This document shows positions 49,966-61,197 of a stretch of 64,000 nt of DNA, in pieces (position 1 is the stretch's first letter; each line of letters starts with the position of its first letter). The DNA comes from an uncultured bacterium (GTDB lineage Bacteria; Zixibacteria; MSB-5A5; CAIYYT01). Location of the stretch: positions 1,696,001 to 1,760,000 of the forward strand of contig CAVSCK010000004.1 in NCBI GenBank assembly GCA_963726455.1. The letters are read 5' to 3'. The notes under the pieces are model-generated. The model saw only the letters and a program-made list of their open reading frames with translations. It was not told the origin of the DNA and did no database searches. The position numbers were made by a program, and so were the translations under genes.

Positions 49966-51947
49966 TGTTTCTCCCTCGGCTGGATAATCTTGATGGTTTG
50001 TATCATATCACCGACTTCGATCTGAGTCACTACGTCCATGCCCGAAAGCACGCGGCCAAACTGTGTGTACCGGCCGTTTAGGTGCGGCTGCGGCGACTGA
50101 CAAATGAAATACTGGCTGCCGCCGGTGTCTTTGCCGGATGTTGCCATACCGACCGAGCCGGTATTATACGGCAGATCGTTGTATTCACAACGTATTTCGT
50201 AGCCGGGTCCACCCCAACCATCTCCGCGTGGATCGCCATCTTGAATCACGAAATCAGGTACGACACGGTGCCACGATTTCTTGTCATAAAAACCGCTTTT
50301 CGCGAGCTTGATGAAATTGGCGACCGTCTTGCGCGCAAACTTTCTCAACAACTCGATGCGGATGGTTCCCTTGGAGGTAATGATCTCGGCGATGGGATTT
50401 GTTCCCTTGAAGTTGTAGATGCTGGAGTATGTTGCAGCACTAATTGACGTCCGATACTGATTGCCGGTATCAACAACTTCGAGTCCCAGGAGTGGGGCAA
50501 TCTTCCTGGCTCGAATCCGAATTGCATTGTTTGTATCTTCGACTGCGGATTTTATCAACGGCACTAGATAAGTTTGTTGACGCAGCGAATCCCCGTATTC
50601 CAACATGCAATCGAGGATGGTAGTCCTGATATCCGGTTTGGCTGAATACAGGTACATTCGAACAACGAACGGAAGCAAGTCGGTCATGCGACCGCCAAAG
50701 ATTTGACTACAAGCAAGATAGACCGGAACAATATCGGAATCACCCAATGCCTGATTAATGTATCTGATCCGCATAGTGTCTGGGCTGGCGGTTGTCAGGA
50801 TTTCAAAGGCCGCACCTCTTACGACGGCTATCGGATCCTGGGCCAGACTTGAGAGCAGATTCCACCGACTGTCACCGGTGAGGTATCCGCAAGCAGTTGC
50901 GGCAGCAGCCCGACTGCTTGAGTTCTCCGCAGTGGCAAAGTTCTCAATTTGCGAAAAGACATCGTCCTTCCTGAGTTTCGCCAGAGCCAGGAGCGCCTCG
51001 TTGCACAGATTCGGGTCGGCATCCGACAGTTCCATCGTCAAGCGATCAATGGCTTCAGCGCCACCGATTTCTCCCAGAGCTTTGATAGCGGCCTGCCTCA
51101 CGTATGGGTGCTCTCTGGCGCCGGCCATCGCTACAACCTGGGGAATCAGCACCTGGGCATTGAGCTTACCGGCGGCTTGGAGGCAATAGTATTTGACCCG
51201 CCAATCGGTCTCCGATAGTCGTCGTTTGATCTGAGGAATTACTGAGGCGTCGCCCACCTTGGCCAGAGCACTCAGCGAGAAGATTCGAATTTGCCGAACT
51301 GAGTCGGCTAAACCTAACAGATATATGGGCAGCGCATCCTTGTCGGCGCGCCGCGACAGAGCATAGAAGACCTTCTCTCTAATCAATCTATTCTTGTCAC
51401 CTGCCCGTGCAAAGAGTGCGCCAAAAGACGTCCGGTCACCCAGTCGTACCATCGACTCCGCCGCAAGCGCGCGAAAATGCGGTTTTTCGAGTGAGTCCGC
51501 GAGAATGTAGATCAATTGCGTGGCGGCTGCCGGCGAGCCAATCTGACTAAGAGCAACGATGGCGTGCGCTTTGACAGTCGAGTCACCGTCCGCCGAATAG
51601 CGCGTCAACTCTGCGGTGAAACTTGTGTCGCCAAGTTGACCGGCGGCAAAGATCGCCTGCACAAGAACTTGCTTTGACTCGTCTTCCAGAAGCTTGGCAA
51701 GAAAGGGTCGGTATATTCGGTCGCCGACAATGCCAATCATGTACGCAGTTTGTTCGCGCACATCAGGGTTCGGGTTGGCAATCCACTTCGAGACTCTGCC
51801 GGTGTCGACAGAACGCTCGTCCTCAAGAATGGCTATCGAAACCAGATTGCTGTCCGGTGATGTCGATTGGCAGAATGCTCGGCCAGTCCAGAGAAGAACC
51901 GCTGATGTAATGCACAAGCTGAACCACAAGAATCGCCGGGTTTTCAC
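49962..51947 (-). CDS. Secreted HEAT-repeat protein fused to a cyclophilin-type PPIase
   Basis: Multiple HEAT repeats (VR..A..ALG); TSKGTIRIEL, NFIKLA..GFY, HRVVPDFVIQDGDP, GMATSGKDTGGSQYFI, PHLNGRYT.FG. Confidence 0.92.
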   Translation of the reverse strand: MKTRRFLWFSLCITSAVLLWTGRAFCQSTSPDSNLVSIAILEDERSVDTGRVSKWIANPNPDVREQTAYMIGIVGDRIYRPFLAKLLEDESKQVLVQAIFAAGQLGDTSFTAELTRYSADGDSTVKAHAIVALSQIGSPAAATQLIYILADSLEKPHFRALAAESMVRLGDRTSFGALFARAGDKNRLIREKVFYALSRRADKDALPIYLLGLADSVRQIRIFSLSALAKVGDASVIPQIKRRLSETDWRVKYYCLQAAGKLNAQVLIPQVVAMAGAREHPYVRQAAIKALGEIGGAEAIDRLTMELSDADPNLCNEALLALAKLRKDDVFSQIENFATAENSSSRAAAATACGYLTGDSRWNLLSSLAQDPIAVVRGAAFEILTTASPDTMRIRYINQALGDSDIVPVYLACSQIFGGRMTDLLPFVVRMYLYSAKPDIRTTILDCMLEYGDSLRQQTYLVPLIKSAVEDTNNAIRIRARKIAPLLGLEVVDTGNQYRTSISAATYSSIYNFKGTNPIAEIITSKGTIRIELLRKFARKTVANFIKLAKSGFYDKKSWHRVVPDFVIQDGDPRGDGWGGPGYEIRCEYNDLPYNTGSVGMATSGKDTGGSQYFICQSPQPHLNGRYTQFGRVLSGMDVVTQIEVGDMIQTIKIIQPREKH

Positions 51948-52065
51948 GCTAGAAGATTACAGCGATTTTGCCCCGAAGACAAGCGGAAATCGCTCAGAAG
52001 TGGCACAGGTTGGATGCCAGTTAGAGAGGTATTGGATTTCGAAATCAGACTAGCGCAGGTGATAG

Positions 52066-55000
52066 CTACTTCAGGAGAATCATCTTCCTGGTCTGTGCAA
52101 AATCATCCGTCTTCAGGCGATAGAAATATATTCCGCTGGCAACCGGCTTTCCCTCATCGTCGGTGCTGTTCCAGACGATCGAGTGTTCGCCGGCGCCTTC
52201 GAGCTGATCTACAAGCGTCGCGATCTTCTCGCCCAATACATTAAAGACGGAAACATTCACCTGGCCGGTGTGAGGTATCGAGTAACTGATGACTGTCTGC
52301 GGGTTGAACGGGTTGGGACGGTTCTGATCAAGTTTATAAGCCGACGGCAGATTGACGCCGCCACCGTCTTCCACCGGTGTGGCCTGACGATAATGATTCT
52401 TGGCCGAAAGCGCTGCTGCCTGAAGTGCACTCAGATTTGCGCCGCCGATCATGGCGAATGCGACTGTATCTGAAGCACCGGGAGCCAGATTAAACGGACC
52501 GGTGGCAATGCAGTACGACTGATCATACGGAGTAGAACTGGCGGTGTCTTCGAAGCCATGTGTGAGAAAACGAAACTTGGTTCCCTCACTGACAAGCCCT
52601 TCCGAGGGGGGGGGAGTGTACACATTACCAAGATTTCGAATAGCATAGAACGTGCTGACGCCTTCGGCATTGAGCACCGAAGTCCCGCGATAACTATTGA
52701 GAAGAGGTCCGTTCTGGTACATGTAGCCCAGCCCATAGGAACGTGAGAAGCCCGACCAGTCATAGCCGCCGCTTCCCCATGGAAAATCCCAGTCGCAGTA
52801 GAGGCCGGCATAGACGCCGTTGATCTGTGACGCAGTCGTATTCGTAATCACGAATTCCATGATGGCATATTGTGCGTCGGCAAGATCGGTATAGTTGGCG
52901 GTTCGTTGTTCAACCAAGAGACCTAACGGCCGTGAGGCGTTATTGTCATTGAAGCGTGAAAGAGTCTCATGATCTCCCAGCGTACCGCCCGAAGTGCTGA
53001 CCGTCAGGTTGCCTTCCAAAGCGACAGCAAAATCCTCGTCTGGAGAGCCGAGCAAATTAACGACTCCATCGGAAACATGAGTGCTGTCGGTGGCGATCAT
53101 CAGTCCGCACTGGAACAAATTATTGGTGGCTCCCTGCGGGAAAGTAAAACCGGCGCCGCCTTTGTTAAGAATTGAACCGGGGGCAAGGCCATAGGTGCCG
53201 TAGTTGCTGACTGTAAATCGGCAACTGTCGGTCGTCTGGGTATATGATGACTTGACCAGGGCAGTTCCGACGGTGAAGTACAACTTAATCGTCCGCTCAT
53301 AGCTGGACCCGTCGTGAATTATCAGATCGACGGTAATGATTGTTCCCTCAGCGATTGAATTCGAGAAGGAAATGCTATAGGGATTGCCGAAATTGCTGGC
53401 AGAAGAATTCCCAGGCATCGTGCCAAAGCTGGAGTATCCCTGCAAAATCGAGACACCGGCCGGAGGATTCGAAAGTACTCCGGTAACACCGACGGTGCCA
53501 GCTCCGGAGTTGCGGAGCGTAACGGTAACGCTGACAACATCGCCCGGACTAATGGGAGCGTGCGACGCCTCCTTGACATAGATGTAGACCTGATTGTTGG
53601 GCGCCAGTAAACGCTTGGCGGCCGGTAGATCAATCACGCCCCAACCAAAGTTATTATCCGGACCCGGCGCACCTTTGTCTACCGCTGAACGCATGAGGGC
53701 GGACTTTATGGAATCGACAGGTGCATTCGGGTTGTACTGTCTCAGGATAGCAACTGCTCCGGCGACATGTGGCGCCGCAAACGAAGTACCATCAGCAAGA
53801 CTGTAAGACGCAAGTGTATCGGCGCTGATTACCAGCACCTGATAGCCCGGCGCCATGACCTGCGGTTTGATTGAAACACTATCGCAATCGGACGGGCCGC
53901 GGCTGGAGCGCTGATAGATCGAGTCCTCATTAGTCGCGGAGACTCCGCCGACAGCGAAACTATTGTATAGGGTCGTGGCACGGTTGGCTGGGTTACGCAG
54001 CGACATTGGCGCGGGACCTTCGTTGCCACAGGCAAACACGACGACGGTGCCGAGCGCTTCCAGGTTATCAATAGCTTTCCAGAAAATATCAAGACAACTG
54101 ATGTTACTCTGCTTGAAACCCCAGGAATTATTCAGCACGTCAGGTACGTCGTCGACAGTATTAGGATCGCCATCCGGATCAGCCGCCCATTGAAATGCCT
54201 CGAGATAATTGGCGCCGGGAATATCAATCACGGCCGCACTGATCCAATCCGCTCCGAATGCGACTCCAAGGGTGTCGCCGGTAGCGTCATTTTTACCGAC
54301 CATGATTCCCATAGTGGCGGTACCATGCTGCCAGCCCTCAGGCAGGTCAGCAGGGGGTGCATTGTGTGGGTAGGTTTCCCCGTAGACCGGATCAAACCAA
54401 CACTGGGAGGACGGGAAACCGTGATTACCGTGATATGAATTTCTGAGAGCGGGATGCAGTCCGTTGACGCCCGTATCAAAGGAAGCTATCAGGGTTCCGG
54501 CGCCGGTCAGCCCTTGCGCCCACATACTGTCGGCATGAATCAGTCGCAGTCCGGAAGGCACGCCGATGTGTTGGGCGGATGTTGCCGTCGAATTGCTCGG
54601 CGGATAATATAGTGACTGCATCGGCAAGTCTTCGATCATGGCTTCAATATCGGGGCGATTCCTGAGTGTCTCGATAAAGGACTTAGTAGCTTCAATTTGA
54701 AGAGCATTCGTAATCCAGTATGTTTGGTACGAGCGAACTTCACCGCGCGATTTGGCTTCATCAAGAACTTCTGTAAGCGACGCCTGGCTCGCGCCAGCGA
54801 AATCCCGCAATTGCTCCATCAGTATCTTGTGAGACGCCTGACGGGTGAAGGTGGCGAGCTTGTAGTTCCTCTGTAGTGACTCTACATCTACTTGATCCTG
54901 CAGGAAGACCAGCACCGACACGAATTCTCCGCTCGTCCTGGCAGAGAGCGTAGACTCCAGTTGGTCAGAGAGCTGTGCCGAAATCGCCGAGGAAACATAG

Positions 55001-55071
55001 GGTAAAGAGCCCAGCAGAAGGAGGGCCACTAACGTCGTAAAGATCATAGGGACAGAAACGCGTTGCCTCAT
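52066..55071 (-). CDS. S8 subtilisin-like serine protease with propeptide and C-terminal FlgD/T9SS-type domain
   Basis: Triad motifs FDTG, HGT..MG, GTSFAAPHVAG; C-terminal QNRPNPFNP.T.ISY...ASGIYFYRL...TRKMILLK. Confidence 0.92.
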   Translation of the reverse strand: MRQRVSVPMIFTTLVALLLLGSLPYVSSAISAQLSDQLESTLSARTSGEFVSVLVFLQDQVDVESLQRNYKLATFTRQASHKILMEQLRDFAGASQASLTEVLDEAKSRGEVRSYQTYWITNALQIEATKSFIETLRNRPDIEAMIEDLPMQSLYYPPSNSTATSAQHIGVPSGLRLIHADSMWAQGLTGAGTLIASFDTGVNGLHPALRNSYHGNHGFPSSQCWFDPVYGETYPHNAPPADLPEGWQHGTATMGIMVGKNDATGDTLGVAFGADWISAAVIDIPGANYLEAFQWAADPDGDPNTVDDVPDVLNNSWGFKQSNISCLDIFWKAIDNLEALGTVVVFACGNEGPAPMSLRNPANRATTLYNSFAVGGVSATNEDSIYQRSSRGPSDCDSVSIKPQVMAPGYQVLVISADTLASYSLADGTSFAAPHVAGAVAILRQYNPNAPVDSIKSALMRSAVDKGAPGPDNNFGWGVIDLPAAKRLLAPNNQVYIYVKEASHAPISPGDVVSVTVTLRNSGAGTVGVTGVLSNPPAGVSILQGYSSFGTMPGNSSASNFGNPYSISFSNSIAEGTIITVDLIIHDGSSYERTIKLYFTVGTALVKSSYTQTTDSCRFTVSNYGTYGLAPGSILNKGGAGFTFPQGATNNLFQCGLMIATDSTHVSDGVVNLLGSPDEDFAVALEGNLTVSTSGGTLGDHETLSRFNDNNASRPLGLLVEQRTANYTDLADAQYAIMEFVITNTTASQINGVYAGLYCDWDFPWGSGGYDWSGFSRSYGLGYMYQNGPLLNSYRGTSVLNAEGVSTFYAIRNLGNVYTPPPSEGLVSEGTKFRFLTHGFEDTASSTPYDQSYCIATGPFNLAPGASDTVAFAMIGGANLSALQAAALSAKNHYRQATPVEDGGGVNLPSAYKLDQNRPNPFNPQTVISYSIPHTGQVNVSVFNVLGEKIATLVDQLEGAGEHSIVWNSTDDEGKPVASGIYFYRLKTDDFAQTRKMILLK

Positions 55072-55259
55072 ACAAGTACCTCTTGGAGCGAACTATGTGC
55101 CGAAAGCGTTGGCTGGATTGCCGGTATTTGTGGTACGTCCAACCTGTTGTCGTTAAGCATGATAGCTGACGCAGCGATCGGGAGCCGCATTGGAGTGGGG
55201 TTGTGTTGTCATGTCGTTGTTAGTGCAATTACCTGCATTAAGTGTGCTCGGGAATTCAA

Positions 55260-55571
55260 CTACAATCTAACTGCCGTTCCGGCAGCAGTAACGAGAAGCA
55301 TCCCCTGGCGCACCACTTCGTAATCGATATCAACAGAAAGAACCGCATTAGCGCCGAGCCGTTCGGCTTCCGTTTCCATCTCTTTAATTGCAATCTTTCG
55401 CGCCTGCATCAGTTCGTTTTCATAGGCGCCAGACCTTCCGCCGACGATGTCGGTCACGGTGGCAAAAAGATCCTTGACGATATTGGCTCCCAAAACCGCC
55501 TCCCCGGCGACAATACCAAGGTACTCCCGCACCGGCTTCCCTTCTATAGACGGCGTCGTGCTACTAATCAT
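55260..55571 (-). CDS. UPF0145 / YbjQ-family protein
   Basis: TTPSIEG....YLG.V.GE...[26 protein letters not shown]. Confidence 0.92.
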   Translation of the reverse strand: MISSTTPSIEGKPVREYLGIVAGEAVLGANIVKDLFATVTDIVGGRSGAYENELMQARKIAIKEMETEAERLGANAVLSVDIDYEVVRQGMLLVTAAGTAVRL

Positions 55572-55694
55572 CCATTATTCTCCGCAAATCCAGTACATTC
55601 TGAAGCATTATAAGCCGTGGCTACCAAATATGCAATTGGTTAAGTTGAGGTAACTGGCGAGATTAGCACGTAAACTTAATCGCAGCGATTGGGC

Positions 55695-55722
55695 TTGACA
55701 AAATTTCGAAGAATTATAAATT
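55695..55722 (+). promoter_or_regulatory. Putative tRNA promoter
   Basis: TTGACA-N16-TAAATT about 28 nt upstream of the tRNA. Confidence 0.6.
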
Positions 55723-55750
55723 CTCTGCCCAATGGTTGAACGTTTGTGAT

Positions 55751-55824
55751 GGCGGTGTAGCTCAGCTGGTTAGAGCAGCGGAATCATAATCCGCGTGTCC
55801 GGGGTTCAAATCCCTGCACCGCTA
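55751..55824 (+). tRNA. tRNA-Met (CAT), probably elongator; CCA not encoded
   Basis: Acceptor stem GGCGGTG/CACCGCT, D arm AGCTCAGCTGGTTAGAGC, anticodon arm GCGGA-ATCATAA-TCCGC, T loop GTTCAAAT. Paired position 1 and no triple-GC stem argue against an initiator; Ile2 not fully excluded. Confidence 0.93.
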
Positions 55825-55889
55825 TATCACTAAGTTCAGGAACTCCTTCGCACCTGTACCACACGCGAATCGGTGAAGTCTCTGCTGCC

Positions 55890-56512
55890 TCACGCGACTG
55901 TAATTTTGAATTTGCAGCGTTTGTCCCCCATAAAGGCACTGCTGACAAGTTCAACCTCGACAGGGCGATCAAGCAGTTGCTCATGCATCGCCTTCACATA
56001 GCCGAGCGAGCAGAGACAATAGGTACCCGACAATCCTGCGGGTTTGTTTTCCACTAACGGGCAGAGGTAGGCGCCCTCGGCCGATGCCTGGCCTGTCTCG
56101 GCTGCGTTCAGATACTGGAAATAGATCACATTTCCGACGACGCGGTACGATTCGTCCTTGACACTTTTCTTGACCCGCTCAGTGAATTGCTCCAGTGTGA
56201 TCGGCTTGATCTGCCGCTTGGTTTCGGCAATCCAGGCCAAATAGCAGGCCTTGCCATTGGCTATCATCAGTTTACTGCGGGTCTCTTTGTCGAGCGTGCT
56301 GTCCACTACACCAAGAACCTCGTGACCCATCCCTCGGCGAATTTCATCCGCGCTTCCGATCGCGGGGCTTCTGCCGGTTTGACCGGCGCCTGCGATGCCT
56401 CCTCGGCATGTACCTGCCCTATGTCTCCCACCATGGCACAAACACATGCGCCGACGCAGGTCTTTCCCACGTTGGCAAGAAACTCCTTTCGATTCATCGA
56501 GCCGTGTTTCAT
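55890..56512 (-). CDS. Tat-like signal, Cys-containing protein (DUF6144 / V4R-like), one frameshift near 56311
   Basis: MNRKEFL...VHA-EE signal in ORF 56306-56512 joins GVVDSTLD...NGKAC...CPLV...YCLCS.GY.K...VEVEL..S...G..RC.F in ORF 55890-56696 on adding one G; GGAGG RBS. Confidence 0.7.
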
Positions 56513-56716
56513 CTCGGTTGCCTCCAGGATTACTCCACCTATTTCCAGTTTCTTTCCGATTGACTACTGTCTTGATTACGTTCCAATTGGAGAGGAAGTT
56601 GCGGCGGGCACTGGTAGTGAATTTTTCGAGGTAAGCGATTGCGTCATCTGTCTTTTTATTGACTTTAGACGCTCTAGTTGCCATAGTAGGAATCACAAAT
56701 TTGTAGACGGTGATTG

Positions 56717-58195
56717 ATGCTTTCGGTTTTTCGCAGAAAATCGGTCGACGAACTTCTTGGCGAGGCCAAGCAAGGCTCGAAGCAACTCAAGCGGGTCCTG
56801 GGTCCGGTTGACGTAACCATGATCGGGATTGGCGCCATTATCGGCGCCGGCATATTTGCGATGATAGGTGAGGCCGCCGTAGGTGCATCAAGTGGCTATC
56901 CGGCGGGACCGGCTCTTCTAATTTCCTTCCTGCTAACAGGTATTGCCTGCGGTTTCAGTGCCCTTTGCTATGCCGAGCTGGCGGCCATGGTGCCGATATC
57001 GGGGAGCGCCTACACTTACGCCTATGCAACTATGGGCGAATTAATCGCCTGGATCATCGGTTGGGATTTGATCATCGAGTACGCGATCGGCAACGTCGCC
57101 GTGGCGATTAGCTGGTCGGGGTATTTCAATGATTTCGTTCATACTACTTTCGGCCTCGATATCCCTTATTGGCTGCGAATGGATTATCGAACCTTTGTGC
57201 AAAAGGGAATCGATCTGACCACGGCTCCACATTTGTTTTCCATCCCGATTATATTCAATCTCCCGGCGGTTCTAATCGTCGCCGTTCTGACTGTGGTTCT
57301 GGTCATCGGAATTCGCGAAAGCTCGCGGCTCAACGATATCATGGTGCTGATAAAACTGGCGGTACTCGCGCTGTTTATCGGCGTCGGTCTGTACTACTTC
57401 AAGGCGGACAATTGGAAACCGTTCGCGCCCGGGGGGTGGCGCGGAATTCAAGTCGGGGCGGCTACCGTCTTCTTTGCCTATATCGGATTTGATGCCGTCT
57501 CAACTGTCTCGGAGGAAACTCGCAATCCGAAGCGTGACATGCCGCTGGGAATCATCGCATCGCTGGCGATATGCACTGTGATTTACATTCTCGTGTCGGT
57601 CACGCTAACCGGCATGATTCCGTTTCTTGCACTGCGTTCCAAGATAGCGGAACCACTGGTTGCCGGCCTTGAATACAATCAGGTTGCATCCTGGTTGATC
57701 GCAGTAATATCTCTCGGATCGGTGATCGCGCACACGGCTGTACTACTTGTATTTCAGATGGGACAACCGCGAATATTCTTCTCGATGAGCCGTGACGGTT
57801 TATTGCCGCCCTATTTCTCGAAAGTACACAAGCGTTTCCGGACTCCATATGTCACAACCATCTGGACAGGCGTGGCCGTGGCCGGACTGGCGGCTTTCTG
57901 CAACATCGATGAGATGGCGAATCTGTGTAACATCGGAACTCTTTTCGCATTTATTCTGGCCTGTGCCGGTGTCATAATCTTGCGGATACGCGAACCGAAT
58001 CGGGAAAGGCCATTCAAGGTTCCCGGCGGAATCGTCAGCGCGTCTTTGGGCATCCTGTTTTGCATCTGGTTGGTGTTCGGCCTGGACAAGATTACCTGGA
58101 TGCGATTTGTAATCTGGCTGGCAGTTGGTGCAGTGATCTACTTCGCTTACGGAATTAAGAGAAGTCGAATTGGGGCTCGAAAGCGCTCAGAGTAA
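56717..58195 (+). CDS. APC-family (cationic) amino-acid permease
   Basis: GIGAIIGAGIF, ALCYAELA.M.P.SGSAYTY, FFAYIGFDAVST..EE..NP.RD.P, QPRIFFSMSRDGLLP. Confidence 0.95.
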   Translation: MLSVFRRKSVDELLGEAKQGSKQLKRVLGPVDVTMIGIGAIIGAGIFAMIGEAAVGASSGYPAGPALLISFLLTGIACGFSALCYAELAAMVPISGSAYTYAYATMGELIAWIIGWDLIIEYAIGNVAVAISWSGYFNDFVHTTFGLDIPYWLRMDYRTFVQKGIDLTTAPHLFSIPIIFNLPAVLIVAVLTVVLVIGIRESSRLNDIMVLIKLAVLALFIGVGLYYFKADNWKPFAPGGWRGIQVGAATVFFAYIGFDAVSTVSEETRNPKRDMPLGIIASLAICTVIYILVSVTLTGMIPFLALRSKIAEPLVAGLEYNQVASWLIAVISLGSVIAHTAVLLVFQMGQPRIFFSMSRDGLLPPYFSKVHKRFRTPYVTTIWTGVAVAGLAAFCNIDEMANLCNIGTLFAFILACAGVIILRIREPNRERPFKVPGGIVSASLGILFCIWLVFGLDKITWMRFVIWLAVGAVIYFAYGIKRSRIGARKRSE

Positions 58196-58258
58196 TGGCC
58201 CTGACGCAATCCGACGATATCCCGACCACTTCCGACGCGACGGACTTCACCTCCAAGA

Positions 58259-61016
58259 TCAGAAGATAGAATAGAGTCCTGCGTTTGCCCGTAAATGGAA
58301 GTGATTCTGGCCAGCGTCAGGGTCGCTCAACCAGAGGGGCAAACTGAGATACATGACTTTCATGATTCGGAATTCTATGCCGGCGTCGGACAGGACTCGG
58401 TTTGACAGTCGAGACTGCATCGGACTACCAATACGTCCCACATCATAGAACAGCACTGGAGTGATTGACGGAAACGACCAGTCGAGTCTTTCGGTGCTCA
58501 GCTCGAGATTGACTGCCCACAAGCGATTGCCAAGCACGGCCTCGTTTTGATATCCTCTGACTCCACCACCATCAGTCGCGATAAACTTGTTAATTGGATC
58601 GACAGACGATCTCGGCACGCCACGAGCGATGCAGAGCTGATCTTGCTTGGGAGCATGGCCTGACAGCCCTCCAACTGATCCTGAAATCGTTGAAGTCAAT
58701 TCACCGGTGCGAATCAGGCGCAAGTCCTGGCTGAAACCAGCAAACCCTCTGGTGAACGAAAGAATCGCTCCATCCGATGTCCAGCCGTCATCGAAGGAAT
58801 AAGTAATCCGGGTCAGTCCCTGATAACCGCGTTGAATATACTCGCCACGAATTCCCGCGACGGTCGAAATACCAAGACTGAACCACTTGGGATCGAAATA
58901 CTTGGCATCGTATTTGTCGCTGTACCTGAGGAAGAGAGTGTTTCGGAATTGTGGATACGTCGGCAATCCCGGCGAAAAGACTTGAAGAGGTAGCGGCATC
59001 GATTTGCCGCTGGAAATTTCCAGACCGTAGTTTCGCATTCCCGCATAATTATCAGTATTAGCAGCTAGTTGAATTCGCCCATTCGAGACCAGCGTTGAAT
59101 AATTAAGGTAATACCCTACTTTGCGCGAGCTGAGACCGTAATTGAATCCGCCGGAGATCTTGTGGTACATCATCAGGTAGCTGCTGCGAAAATTCAGTCC
59201 GATGAGCCATTTGTCGGCATCGTTGTACCAAAGAGTGGGGTTTATCATCGCCACATAGTGAGTCGGATCCTCCAATGCACTTGGGAACAACGGCCGGACG
59301 AAGCGAAGCGGCGTACGCAACCTAACAGGTCTCGAACCGGTCCGGCAAGTATCCGAGGCAGACGGATCCGACACGAAGGAGCTTACGTCGGATGAACGGC
59401 TCGATGGATCCGGGAGGCATTGTCGGCAAGTTGGGGCGCGAGTTGCGGTAACAATTGCCGTCGAAGAAGCAGCTCAGATCTTTGCCACTGACTTCATCAA
59501 CTGTCCTCTCAAAATCTGCAATGGTGACGTGCTTGAACTTGAAATCGGAGTAGTACTTCCTCATGGCATTGGCGAATACGGAATCTCCCAATTCAGTGCG
59601 AAGACTTTCCAGCACCGACTCCCCTTTGGAATAGACTCCGGCATGATATTCCCATTCATTCCTGAACCGCCAAGCGGGTTGCGCCACCGGCGGATCGTAG
59701 CCATGCTTCAATGAAATGCGGTAATCAAGTTCGTGCGTCCAGCGATAGGGTATATCCGCAAAAATCGAAGCCCACCTCGGCAATGCAATGACCGAACCGT
59801 CCTTGTGGCTGAGTTCGGCATATTGGAAGGTGTAGTACTCGGCAAAACCCTCATCGAGCCAGGGATCATCCAGTTCGTTGTTCGCAATAGCTCCATAGAA
59901 CCAATTGTGCCCAACTTCGTGGACGGTGACATATTCAAGAGCGTGTGAATAAGGAATGCTGGCCGCCGGATCAAGCATTTCCAGCGTCGGATATTCCATG
60001 CCACCGGCGAGGAAATTGTACGCTTCAGCAACCGTGAGCGTCTGATAGGGATATGGCCCCACTCTCTCCGAGAAGAATCTCAACGCGGCCAATTCGTACG
60101 AGAGCAGGTTTTTCCATCTTGTTTCGATGTCGCTGTAAAGTACCAGCGCAGAGACTTTGACGCCGTCCCAGAGGGTATCGTCCCTGACATAGTCAGGCGA
60201 AGTCACCCAGGCAAAATCGTGTACGTTGTCAGCATGGAAATGAAGTGTCTTGGTGGCAGACACGCTTCCGTCAGCAATCTTACGCAACAGTCCGTCTTTT
60301 GCTTTCCGCGCATTGATTTCCCCATCCGCCAGCAATGGTATATCGTTGTTTCCTGATTCTCCCCTCACGTATGCGCCCGTCGCTCCGACATAGAATTGTT
60401 GCGGCAGAGTGATGCTGACGTCATACGTCGCAAATTCGCCGTAAAATTCCCCGATCAGATGATAAGGATCGTTATGCCAGCCCGATTGATCGTAGACAGC
60501 CATCTTGGGATACCATTGGGCAATCGAATATTCATCTTTGTCAAAGCGGAAACGTCCCGGCAGCGTCGGTATTTTGGTCACAAAAACCGTGTGAAGAATC
60601 AGGGAGTCACGCGGCGCCAGCGGTCCCGGTAATTTGACTCTAAGAGATGTGTCATCGACAGAGAAAGGGCAATCGGTGTTATTAACCGTCAGGTGAGTGA
60701 TGTCCAGATATCCCAACTCTCCTGAACGCGCCTGAGCGAACGTGAAATCGCGATAGATTTGTTCGGCCTCGCGAGCCATAACGCTGTTGCCATTTCGGTA
60801 GGCGTTGGGATACACATGCAGATACAGGTCGCTTAGAGCGGTATCGGCCCCGCTCCTGTAAATTATCGTTTCCTCGCCGAACAGCCGCTTGGTCTCGGTG
60901 TCGAGTCTGACCTTGATCTCGTAGCGCACAGTTGGCGGCACTACTGCGAAAGCGCTTTGCTCGCTGATTGACAGCAAGAGGATCAGAAGGGTCGCTGCTA
61001 TTCGAAAGCAGACCAA
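58259..61016 (-). CDS. M1 family Zn-aminopeptidase, probably fused (via a frameshift near 59330-59370) to a C-terminal Omp85/BamA-like beta-barrel
   Basis: GGMEYP, HEVGH-x18-E (WLDEG), YSKG in 59322-61016. The overlapping ORF 58259-59374 has no good start or signal peptide and carries GGGVRGY, FYDVG, DAGIEFR barrel motifs and a terminal Phe. Confidence 0.7.
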
Positions 61017-61197
61017 CGTGAGAGACCTCCGTTTGGAAGCGTTAAGCTCTTTGGGATTGTACGCTCTTAGTCGAGTACTTGCACCACAAATTCATACATT
61101 CATGCAGAAGGTCGCCATGCCAATCAAGTGATGCGCATCAGCGGACCATCTCTAGTCACTTAGCAGCTTGAATATGAGGAAGCGAGTAGCTGGGCAA

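Noticed and set aside
52606-52614. G9 tract in the S8 protease as a phase-variation switch
   Set aside because: In frame (Pro-Pro-Pro codons) and late in the gene; no evidence of variation.
55751-55900. tRNA-Met as an integration site
   Set aside because: No integrase and no duplicated tRNA 3' end noticed in the window.
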